A stretch of DNA of 60,431 bases, counting the filler. It is 7 parts of 7 records of this genome, joined end to end, with 100 filler letters (N's around TTAATTAATTAA, not from the genome) between each part and the next. Parts side by side here need not be neighbours in the genome. Positions count along the whole stretch, not along the records: positions 1 to 10,634 come from SRR31147125_29334; positions 10,735 to 17,237 come from SRR31147125_29372; positions 17,338 to 30,777 come from SRR31147125_29398; 4 more parts are not named here. One strand, 5' to 3'. Positions 9,029 through 17,338 of the stretch are shown here, one piece after another (position 1 is the first letter of the stretch; each line of letters opens with the position of its first letter). Made by a program: the position numbers and the translations under genes. The notes below the pieces were generated by a model. The model was not told the origin of the DNA. It searched no databases and saw only the letters and a program-made list of their open reading frames with translations.

Positions 9029-10354
9029 ATGACAGAATCAAAAAGTAGGGTTGGTAATCACAGGTTCAAAATTCTGGCCATGTTGATTTACGCCACAACG
9101 ATTAACTATTTTGACCGGAGTATTATTGGGGTTATGGCTCCTACTTTGGAAAAAATATTTGAATGGTCAAATAATGATTACGCTAATATAATGATTGCCT
9201 TTAAAGTAGCATATGCTCTTGGTATGCTTACAATGGGAGGTATAATTGATAAATTAGGAACAAGGAAAGGGTATACTCTTGCAATTGGAATTTGGAGTAT
9301 TTTTGGAATGACTCATGCTTTAGTTGTTCAAGAAGTGAACTTTTTTAATATTTCTGTAACCAGTGTTGGGTTATTTGCCATTGCTCGTTTTGGTCTTGGT
9401 TTTGGTGAATCTGGACATTTTCCTGCAGCTCAAAAAACTGTGGCAGAATGGTTTCCAAAGAAAGATCGAGCCTTTGCTACTGGTTTGTTTAATGCTGCTA
9501 CCAGTATTGGAGCCATTGCTGCACCTTTTGTAGTAGGGTGGATTGTTGATCCTATAACAGGTGTTGGCTGGCAAATTCCTTTTTTAATTACTGGTGTATT
9601 GAGTTCAGTTTGGGTAATTCTATGGTTGAAAGTTTATAAAAGACCCGAGGAGTCTAAGAAATTATCTAAAGAAGAGTTAGCATATATTAATAGTGATTCT
9701 GAACCAGAATCGAATGAGAAAGTTGCTTGGTCTAAGGTTTTGCCTAAGCGTCAAACTTGGGCTTTTGCTACTGCAAAGATTACCGATGCTGTTTGGTGGT
9801 TTTATCTTTTCTGGGGTGCAAAATATTTGGCAGATACCTTCGGTGTCGATATCAAAAATATTGGAATCCCATATCTTGTAATTTATTTAATTGCTGATGG
9901 TGGAAGTATTGGAGGTGGATGGCTTTCGGGTGCATTTATGAAAAAAGGATGGACCATTAATAAAGCAAGAAAAATGACTTTGTTGATTTGTGCTATTATT
10001 GTACTTCCAGTTTGTTATGTGGCATTTACAAATAGTCAGTGGGTTGCAGTAATTCTTATTGCAATTGCAGCAGCTGGACATCAAGCATGGTCTGCCAATA
10101 TATTCACTTTAGTGTCAGATGTATTCCCTAAAAAAGCTGTTGCTTCGGTTACCGGAATTGGCGGTATGATTGGAGCAGTTGCTGGTATTGTTAGCGATAA
10201 AGCTTTAGGGAAAGTTTTAGACTCTGCAGGAAATACAGGTTATTTCTGGGCATTTTTAATTGCAGGTTCATGTTATTTGGTTATTTTGGGTATTGTTCAT
10301 CTTATAATGCCAGATATGACACCACTTGATGAAAATCTTAAAGAGATTGCTTAA
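9029..10354 (+). CDS. exuT: MFS hexuronate transporter
   Basis: INYFDR, AEWFPKKDRA, WWFYLFW, HQAWSAN; multiple TM segments. Confidence 0.85.
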   Translation: MTESKSRVGNHRFKILAMLIYATTINYFDRSIIGVMAPTLEKIFEWSNNDYANIMIAFKVAYALGMLTMGGIIDKLGTRKGYTLAIGIWSIFGMTHALVVQEVNFFNISVTSVGLFAIARFGLGFGESGHFPAAQKTVAEWFPKKDRAFATGLFNAATSIGAIAAPFVVGWIVDPITGVGWQIPFLITGVLSSVWVILWLKVYKRPEESKKLSKEELAYINSDSEPESNEKVAWSKVLPKRQTWAFATAKITDAVWWFYLFWGAKYLADTFGVDIKNIGIPYLVIYLIADGGSIGGGWLSGAFMKKGWTINKARKMTLLICAIIVLPVCYVAFTNSQWVAVILIAIAAAGHQAWSANIFTLVSDVFPKKAVASVTGIGGMIGAVAGIVSDKALGKVLDSAGNTGYFWAFLIAGSCYLVILGIVHLIMPDMTPLDENLKEIA

Positions 10355-10381
10355 TATTAGATTCTAATTTATGAATATATG

Positions 10382-10409
10382 AAAGGTCGGGACATCCCGA
10401 CCTTTTTTT
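10382..10409 (+). terminator. Rho-independent terminator
   Basis: AAAGGTCGGGA-CA-TCCCGACCTTT followed by a T-run. Confidence 0.85.
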
Positions 10410-10634
10410 GTATTGCATTTCAAGCTAATCTATCCGTTTATGTTGATTGATTTTTCAATTTAGGGCACATGTTTTTACGAAATATTATCATGAGAATCGA
10501 TTATTGATTTTTTTTACTGAAAAATAGTTATTAATAGTACTGTGAATATTTGATTCAAATGTAAATATTTTAGATATTTAAATGTTCATCTTGCAACAGA
10601 TAGCGTTAAATCGCTGATTTTGTATGGCTATTTT

Positions 10635-10734
10635 NNNNNNNNNNNNNNNNNNNNNNNNNNNNNNNNNNNNNNNNNNNNTTAATTAATTAANNNNNNNNNN
10701 NNNNNNNNNNNNNNNNNNNNNNNNNNNNNNNNNN
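10635..10734. other. Artificial contig linker
   Basis: N44-TTAATTAATTAA-N44. Confidence 0.98.
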
Positions 10735-10735
10735 C

Positions 10736-11296
10736 TTCGGCAACGATGATGAATACGCCGACGCCATCGCCGTCAGGGTATACGATGACCTTGTTAATGC
10801 CATTGACGGCCGGCCCAATGTGAAAGGCGGGCAATACCATTTGAACATGCTGTCCACCACCTGCCATATTTACTTTGGCAAGGTGCTGGGCGCCACCCCC
10901 AACGGCCGCCTGGCCGGCAAATCCATCTCCGACGGCACATCCCCCTCCCACGGTGCGGACACACAGGGCCCCTCTTCAGTGGTTAAATCTCTGGGGAAAC
11001 TGGATCAGGCGAAATCCGGCGGCACCCTGTTAAACCAGCGGTTCCTTCCCAGCCTGCTGAAAAAAGAGGAAGACATTAAAAAGCTGGGGCAGCTCATACG
11101 CGCTTACTTCTCCCTGGGCGGCCACCATATCCAGTTTAACATTGTGGATACAGCCACCCTTCTGGCGGCCCAGAAATGTCCCGATGACTACAAGGATCTA
11201 CTGGTCCGGATGGCGGGTTACAGCGATTATTTCAACGATATGAACAATGATCTTCAGCAGGAAATCATTGAACGTACCGAAAATGATCTGTTTTAG
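10736..11296 (+). CDS. hypD: Glycyl radical enzyme, C-terminal fragment; trans-4-hydroxy-L-proline dehydratase-like
   Basis: FGNDDEYAD, NMLSTTCHIYFG, GGTLLNQRF, GHHIQFN, glycyl loop VRMAGYSDYF; 5' truncated by the contig edge. Confidence 0.7.
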   Translation, partial: FGNDDEYADAIAVRVYDDLVNAIDGRPNVKGGQYHLNMLSTTCHIYFGKVLGATPNGRLAGKSISDGTSPSHGADTQGPSSVVKSLGKLDQAKSGGTLLNQRFLPSLLKKEEDIKKLGQLIRAYFSLGGHHIQFNIVDTATLLAAQKCPDDYKDLLVRMAGYSDYFNDMNNDLQQEIIERTENDLF

Positions 11297-12228
11297 TGCG
11301 GCCTATAATGATGGAAAACATGGACTCAGGCATGATATTCGACATTAAACGGTACTCCATCAACGACGGGCCGGGGATCCGGGTCACCATCTTTCTAAAG
11401 GGCTGCCCCTTAAGGTGCGCCTGGTGCCACAACCCGGAAAGCGTCAAAACCCAAGTCCAGAAGATGTACAACAGGGACAAGTGCATCGGCTGCGGCGAAT
11501 GCATCTTGGCCTGCCCGGAACAGGCCTGCACCATGACACCCGAAGGGATTGCCACCGATGATAAACAATGCATGGGCTGCGGTAAATGTGCCGATGTCTG
11601 TCCCACACTGGCCACGGAAATGTCCGGCCGAACCGCCGGCGTTGCCGAAATTGCCCAGGCCGTGGAAAAGGAGCGGATCTTCATTGACCAGTCAGGCGGC
11701 GGGGTCACCTTTTCCGGCGGAGAGCCCCTGATGCAGCCCCGGTTTCTCATGTCGCTGCTCAAGGAGATGGGACGCATGTCCATACACCGTGCCGTTGACA
11801 CCACGGGCCATGCCAGCACAGAAACCCTGCTTGAGGTGGCAGCGCACACAGACCTGTTCCTTTACGACATTAAATTGATGGACCCGGACCGGCACAAAAA
11901 ATGGACCGGGGTCAGCAACAGGCGCATCCTGGAAAACCTCAAGGCCCTTTCCGGCACCGGTGCAGAGATCAATATCCGTCTGCCACTGATAAAAAACGTC
12001 AATGATGACGGAAAAAATATCAGACAGACCGCAGAATTCATCGCAGGGCTTCCCGGTATCATACAGGCAGTTAATATCCTGCCTTACCACAATATAATGG
12101 CAGGAAAATACGCGAGGCTGGGCCGAAAATTTGATCCCAAATCAATGGCAGAGCCGGACAAGACTCAATTAACCCGGATTTCGGCCATCTTCGCAGATTA
12201 CGGTATCTCACCTAAAATCGGTGGGTAA
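11296..12228 (+). CDS. Glycyl-radical activating enzyme (radical SAM with ferredoxin insert); true start may be a few codons downstream
   Basis: DGPGIR, CPLRCAWCHNPES, two CxxCxxCxxxCP motifs, SGGEP. Confidence 0.93.
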   Translation: MRPIMMENMDSGMIFDIKRYSINDGPGIRVTIFLKGCPLRCAWCHNPESVKTQVQKMYNRDKCIGCGECILACPEQACTMTPEGIATDDKQCMGCGKCADVCPTLATEMSGRTAGVAEIAQAVEKERIFIDQSGGGVTFSGGEPLMQPRFLMSLLKEMGRMSIHRAVDTTGHASTETLLEVAAHTDLFLYDIKLMDPDRHKKWTGVSNRRILENLKALSGTGAEINIRLPLIKNVNDDGKNIRQTAEFIAGLPGIIQAVNILPYHNIMAGKYARLGRKFDPKSMAEPDKTQLTRISAIFADYGISPKIGG

Positions 12229-12330
12229 TAGAAAAGGAAGTCGCACCTAAAATCAAGGAGGACGAAAGACAACTATAAATTTAAGCATCTAAAATTAAAA
12301 TTAATTTATTAGAAAGGGAGTTTTTTTATC

Positions 12331-13341
12331 ATGTCCGTTAAAGCTAAATCCATCATTTGTACTGCTTTGGTTATCGCCTTTGTTGCACTGGGTCAAAATG
12401 CATTTGCTAAACCCGAAATGGTTCTCAAGTTTGCAGGCCAACACGCCGCCGACCACCCGGCCACTCTCCAGATGCATAAAATCGCAAAAGACATTGCCGA
12501 AAAAACAGAAGGACGCATCAAAGTCAAAGTATACCCCGCCAACCAGCTCGGCGACTATACCCTGGTATATGAAGAGCAGATCCGGGGGACCATCGACATG
12601 TCCTGTATTTCCGTTCCCAGCCAGTTTGACCCCAGAATGGAACTGCTGTACATCAATGGGTATGTTGCAGACTATGAAGATGCCAAAACAGTATTTGCCC
12701 AGGACGGCTGGCTCTTCGGCAAGATGAACGAATACAATGAAAGACTTGGCGTCAAGCTGCTTGGCTTCTTTGTTGAAGGCATGATCGGTACCGGCACCAC
12801 CAAGCCTGCTAAAGACCCCCTCAATCCCGCTGCCGACCAGGATGTACTGATCCGCGTACCCAATATGGATGTTTACAAACTGGCGGCCGAAGCCATGGGT
12901 TACAGCACGGTTACGGTTCCCTACGCCGATGTTTACCAGGCCATTCAGACCGGTGTTGTAAACGGTGTGAACGGCTACCCCGTTGCGGCGGCCTACACTT
13001 CTTTGGGCGACGTTCTCAAATACTGGTACATGACCAACTACTCCCTTGAAGTCTTAAATTACATGATCTCCGGTAAAACCTGGGCAAAAATAAACCCTGA
13101 AGACCAGGCTGCCATCAAGGCCATCCTCGCCCGCGCCACCACCGACAGTATTGAAAACGCAAAGAATATCGATGCCCATTATATGGACCTGCTGAAGAAA
13201 AAAGGTGTCAAGGTATTCACCTATAAAAAAGAGGAGCTTGCGCCCCTCATGAAAGCCTGCGCCACGACCTGGACCAGACTCGAAAGAAACATGACCAAGG
13301 AACTCATGGACGAGTTTAAAAAAGAGCTTGCGCCCAAATAA
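12331..13341 (+). CDS. dctP: TRAP transporter substrate-binding protein
   Basis: Signal peptide (AFA), YPANQLG, IRVP, VYQAIQTGVVNG. Confidence 0.9.
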   Translation: MSVKAKSIICTALVIAFVALGQNAFAKPEMVLKFAGQHAADHPATLQMHKIAKDIAEKTEGRIKVKVYPANQLGDYTLVYEEQIRGTIDMSCISVPSQFDPRMELLYINGYVADYEDAKTVFAQDGWLFGKMNEYNERLGVKLLGFFVEGMIGTGTTKPAKDPLNPAADQDVLIRVPNMDVYKLAAEAMGYSTVTVPYADVYQAIQTGVVNGVNGYPVAAAYTSLGDVLKYWYMTNYSLEVLNYMISGKTWAKINPEDQAAIKAILARATTDSIENAKNIDAHYMDLLKKKGVKVFTYKKEELAPLMKACATTWTRLERNMTKELMDEFKKELAPK

Positions 13342-13374
13342 TCGATTTCAGTCGTTGAATTTTGATTTAAACCA

Positions 13375-13416
13375 AAGGGCCGGAAAAAGGGGAAAAAATT
13401 CCTTTATCCGGCCCTT
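13375..13416 (+). promoter_or_regulatory. Intercistronic stem-loop between dctP and dctQ
   Basis: AAGGGCCGGA...TCCGGCCCTT inverted repeat. Confidence 0.55.
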
Positions 13417-13437
13417 GCAGTGGCAAGGAGTAGACCA

Positions 13438-14019
13438 GTGCCTGACAACAACTCAGGGATTCAATGCAAGAATGCGCCGGAATGCGCAGAACCAGCCGGA
13501 GAGCGAAAAAATATTTTCGACAAAGTGGTAATCAACAGTTTTTCCGTTATCTGCTTTTCTTCTTCTTTTCTATTGGTGCTCATTATCTGTGCCGCCACAT
13601 TTTTCCGGTACATCATCAAAGGCGACCTGTACGGCTATGAAGAGTGGGTGAAATTTCTGGCATTCTGGCTTTATTTCATGGGCGCCGCCATCGGTGCCTA
13701 TAACCGCACCCATGTTTCAGCCGATCTTGTGAATGCATACATGCCCGAGGGCAAATTAAAAAAACTGATGTTTTTTGTGAAAAATCTGATCACCGTGGCC
13801 GTTTGTCTTCTCTTCACCTGGTATGGGTATGACTTTTTTATGTTCGGTTATGCAGGCCCCCTGGGAACCGGTATTGCCATTCCCAAAACCACGGTATGGC
13901 GGATTCCCTTCTGGGTAGGCTATCTCTCTGTTTTCATGGGACTCGGGGTCATGTCAATCTATTTCATCAGAGATCTGTTTTTGAGCGGATGTGCACTTTT
14001 CAGGAGGACGGCCAAATGA
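13438..14019 (+). CDS. dctQ: TRAP small permease
   Basis: GTG start after AGGAG; four TMs; FFRY, EE, HVSADL. Confidence 0.85.
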   Translation: MPDNNSGIQCKNAPECAEPAGERKNIFDKVVINSFSVICFSSSFLLVLIICAATFFRYIIKGDLYGYEEWVKFLAFWLYFMGAAIGAYNRTHVSADLVNAYMPEGKLKKLMFFVKNLITVAVCLLFTWYGYDFFMFGYAGPLGTGIAIPKTTVWRIPFWVGYLSVFMGLGVMSIYFIRDLFLSGCALFRRTAK

Positions 14020-15338
14020 TATATGTCGCAATTATCACCCTTATGATCTGCCTGGTAATCGGTGTGCCGGTCCCCATCAGTTTTATGGCCTCATCCGCAT
14101 GCCTGATCTTTTTCGGCGGGCCGGCCGGCGAGGGCTACGCAGCATCCCAGCTGCTCCCCTACGGCTATGCTCAGATGAATTCCGTCTCTTTGATTGCCAT
14201 CGCGCTGTTCATTGCGGCCGGCGGCATCATGGAAAAGGGCAGGATCGGCGGCAAACTTATCGATTTTGTTGATGTATTTGTCGGGCACATGAGAGGCGGT
14301 CTGGCAATTGCAGGCACCATCTCCTGCGCCATTGTCGGCTCCATCTGCGGCGCGGCCTGCGCCACCCTTTCATGCGTGGGGTCAATCATGTTTCCCCGGT
14401 TCAAGGCCGAAGGATACCCCAGGGGGCTTGTGGCCGCACTCATGGCCAACGCCTCTCTTCTCGGACTTCTTATTCCGCCCAATGCCACCCTGATTATCTT
14501 TGCCTGGATTGCCGGGCAGTCGGTGCTGGCCTGCTTCCTGGCTACGGTAATACCGGGGATTATCACAACGGCCCTGCTCTGCGTGGTTGCCCGCTGGCAG
14601 TTGAAACGGACCCAAGCCGTTATTGACTCCGATAAGATGAAAAGGACCACCCAGGATAAAATTCAGCTTTTCCAGACCCGGGGTAAACAGGCCCTGCCGG
14701 CACTCTTTCTTCCTTTTATCGTTCTCGGCGGAATTTACGGCGGCATTATGACAACCACCGAAGCATCGGCCATGGCGGTTCTCTATGCTATCCCCATCGG
14801 CATGTTTGTCTACAAGGGGCTGAACCTGAAAAACACCTACCAGGTTATTGTTGAAACGGCGGTCACCACCGGCGTCATCATGGTCATGCTGTACTCAGTG
14901 GCCATGCTCAGTCGCCTGTACATCCTGGAAGACCTGCCCGGGGTTCTGCTGTCACTGTTCTATTCCATATCCAATGAACCCTATGCCATCATGTTCATGA
15001 TCAATATCTTTCTTGTCATCATGGGCATGCTCATGGATGATATCAGTGTTGTGGTTCTCTCGACCCCGATTTTGATGCCCATCATCATCAAGCTGGGATT
15101 CAATCCCATCCACTATGCGGCCATTGTGGGTGTAAATACAGGCCTGGGCTGCATCACTCCGCCGGCTGCCCCTGTACTCTATCTGTCTGGCCGGCTGGGT
15201 GACGCCCCCATTGATGAAATGATGAAACCCTGCCTGTGGTTCATTCTGCTGTGCTGGGTGCCGGTGCTGTTTATCACGGTGTTCTTTCCAAAAATTTCCC
15301 TGTTCCTGCCCCATTTTATCCTGGGAACCCCATGGTAG
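14016..15338 (+). CDS. dctM: TRAP large permease
   Basis: ATG overlaps the dctQ stop (ATGA) after AGGAGG; LIPP, GGIYGG, ITPP motifs. Confidence 0.9.
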   Translation: MIYVAIITLMICLVIGVPVPISFMASSACLIFFGGPAGEGYAASQLLPYGYAQMNSVSLIAIALFIAAGGIMEKGRIGGKLIDFVDVFVGHMRGGLAIAGTISCAIVGSICGAACATLSCVGSIMFPRFKAEGYPRGLVAALMANASLLGLLIPPNATLIIFAWIAGQSVLACFLATVIPGIITTALLCVVARWQLKRTQAVIDSDKMKRTTQDKIQLFQTRGKQALPALFLPFIVLGGIYGGIMTTTEASAMAVLYAIPIGMFVYKGLNLKNTYQVIVETAVTTGVIMVMLYSVAMLSRLYILEDLPGVLLSLFYSISNEPYAIMFMINIFLVIMGMLMDDISVVVLSTPILMPIIIKLGFNPIHYAAIVGVNTGLGCITPPAAPVLYLSGRLGDAPIDEMMKPCLWFILLCWVPVLFITVFFPKISLFLPHFILGTPW

Positions 15339-15356
15339 GATAAGGAGGCCCAGAAA

Positions 15357-15524
15357 ATGAAATTTTACAAAACCCTGTTTGCCGCCCTTTGCTTTGCCTT
15401 TTTTTTGGCAGGCATGTCAACCCAATCCCCTTTTGCCTTCCTTGTTGCCCTTGTTTGCGGGGTGCTGTACAGGACGGCGGAAAGAAAAGGCTGGTCAGCT
15501 CCTGAATTCATGCGCAGGTCCTGA
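15357..15524 (+). CDS. Small 55-aa membrane protein with two hydrophobic segments
   Basis: Strong RBS TAAGGAGG; MKFYKTLFAALCFAFFLAGMSTQSPFAFLVALVCGVLYRTAERKGWSAPEFMRRS; lies between dctM and the operon hairpin. Confidence 0.6.
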   Translation: MKFYKTLFAALCFAFFLAGMSTQSPFAFLVALVCGVLYRTAERKGWSAPEFMRRS

Positions 15525-15544
15525 TCTTCTTTGATCCAGATCCA

Positions 15545-15578
15545 CCGCGGGTCTTCCGTAAAACAGGAAGGCCCGCGG
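15545..15578 (+). terminator. GC-rich hairpin ending the TRAP operon
   Basis: CCGCGGGTCTTCC...GGAAGGCCCGCGG; no clear U-tract. Confidence 0.5.
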
Positions 15579-15641
15579 CCTAACCCTGCCTAAATCCATT
15601 CTTTCTTGGATATACTCATAAAATCTGTTTGAGCGGCCTAC

Positions 15642-17237
15642 CCCGGATATTTCATGATGTCTTGAAATCCTGGTCTGGGGTCAGGAAATCTGTAAGCTAT
15701 CCCCATACTGCCAGCTTTTTCTTATTCGAAAAATGAAATTGGCTGGTTCTGATGCTGACTTGCAAGAAAAAAGACCGGATTTACCGAAAGATTTCACCGG
15801 AAAGGCGCAAATCGCCGCCTGCAGGCTTTAACACTATCCGGATTGCTCTATGTACTTTAGACTGCTCCCAACCTGTATGAAATCCTGTAAAATAAATCTT
15901 GATAAGGATATACGCTGGGCATAAGGATTTGGATCCGCCGTGTATTTTTTAGGATGACCGCCCCAATTTTAAATAGCTTGAGCCGGATTGTCCCGCAACT
16001 GGCCCGGTATAAAGCCGTTTCTTTTAATCCAAGGCGTCGTATTGCTTCTATCAGGGTATATGCTAAACCCGACAATAATAAACGGAGTTGGTTTGGAACC
16101 CAGTTCGTGCAACTGGTACGATCCGCAAATAAATCGAGCTGCTGGGCTTTGATCCGATTTTCAGCCTCGCCCCTTGCACAATAGAGGTTTTCATAAACCA
16201 ATTGACTATCGCCAGAAAGAGACGTCACGATGAACCTGGGGTTTTTTCCCCTGGCACTGTATTCAGCCTTTGCAATAATCCGGCGTTCATACTTCCAGGA
16301 ATCGGCAGCATAAGCCAGGTCTCCAAAGACTCGCTGCTTGTCACCGGTGGATTCAAACTGAGATATGGCTTCCTCCATGAAATGTTCGGCCATGGCCTCA
16401 AGTCGGGAATTTCTGGCAATGCCGATGATGTACTCTATTTTGTTTTTATCACACCAATCCATCATCAGGTGCCTGCAGAACCCGCTATCGGCCCGGAAAA
16501 CTATTTTCACATCTGGCCAGACTTCCCGGAATCGTTTTGACAACAATTTTAATATGCTCCATGCCCCATAAGCAGCATCAATATTGCTTGGTCGCAGATA
16601 GCCAGCCAATAAATGCTTTCCACAAAACACATAGAGAGGCAGGAAGCAGTAGCTTTTGTAATATCCATGAAAGAATTTGCCTAACTGATTACCATGAACC
16701 GGGTCATCAGTAGCATCAAAATCCAGTATGAGTTCTTTGGGCGGATTTTTAAAAGATTCAATGAAGATTTCAACAAGGGCTTGGCTCATATCCCAGCACA
16801 TCTGGCGATCTGCAAAATTTTCAAACCTGCAAAGAGTTGGGCTGCTTGCAAGATTCTTATCTTTACCAACGGCAGTTTTAATGGCGGTGTCACTGCGAAG
16901 AGTATCATGATCGTTCAGGTCTTCATATCCCAACGCCAGCCCGTAAACACGCTGGCGAAGCATATCCTTGATACTGTGAATTGTCTTTTGTGGGTCACGG
17001 GGATCATTGGCGGTTGCGGCTATACGATCAGTCAGATTTATGATCTTATCTGCCTGGTTTAACAGCATGACGCCACCATCCGAAGTGATCTCTCCACCGC
17101 AGAATTTTGCTTGTACTTTGCGGCCCTTGCAGCTTGTGAACTCTATTGGTTTCGTGGTACAAAGTGTCATGACAGAATCTCCTTGTTTTTCGGTGTAACT
17201 AACTGAATTATAATATATTTAAGGAGGTTCTGTCTAG
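15642..17237 (-). mobile_element. IS1380-family insertion sequence; far end lost at the contig edge
   Basis: IS1380-type transposase; candidate terminal IR CCCGGATATTTCATG at about 15642. Confidence 0.75.
15857..17170 (-). CDS. IS1380-family DDE transposase
   Basis: GGEITSDGG, GYEDLNDHD, LDFDATDD, RADSGF, YCARGEAENRIK. Confidence 0.93.
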   Translation of the reverse strand: MTLCTTKPIEFTSCKGRKVQAKFCGGEITSDGGVMLLNQADKIINLTDRIAATANDPRDPQKTIHSIKDMLRQRVYGLALGYEDLNDHDTLRSDTAIKTAVGKDKNLASSPTLCRFENFADRQMCWDMSQALVEIFIESFKNPPKELILDFDATDDPVHGNQLGKFFHGYYKSYCFLPLYVFCGKHLLAGYLRPSNIDAAYGAWSILKLLSKRFREVWPDVKIVFRADSGFCRHLMMDWCDKNKIEYIIGIARNSRLEAMAEHFMEEAISQFESTGDKQRVFGDLAYAADSWKYERRIIAKAEYSARGKNPRFIVTSLSGDSQLVYENLYCARGEAENRIKAQQLDLFADRTSCTNWVPNQLRLLLSGLAYTLIEAIRRLGLKETALYRASCGTIRLKLFKIGAVILKNTRRIQILMPSVYPYQDLFYRISYRLGAV

Positions 17238-17337
17238 NNNNNNNNNNNNNNNNNNNNNNNNNNNNNNNNNNNNNNNNNNNNTTAATTAATTAANNNNNNN
17301 NNNNNNNNNNNNNNNNNNNNNNNNNNNNNNNNNNNNN
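17238..17337. other. Artificial contig linker
   Basis: N44-TTAATTAATTAA-N44. Confidence 0.98.
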
Positions 17338-17338
17338 G

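Noticed and set aside
10679..10690. TTAATTAATTAA repeated six times across the window
   Set aside because: Always centred in N-runs of identical length; an artificial all-frame stop linker.
13896..14015. N-terminal extensions in the ORF track (dctM 13896, dehydrogenase 32109, MCP 42536, 47056, 56277, 56879, 59470, 30550)
   Set aside because: Downstream starts have better RBS or signal-peptide context and avoid long overlaps.
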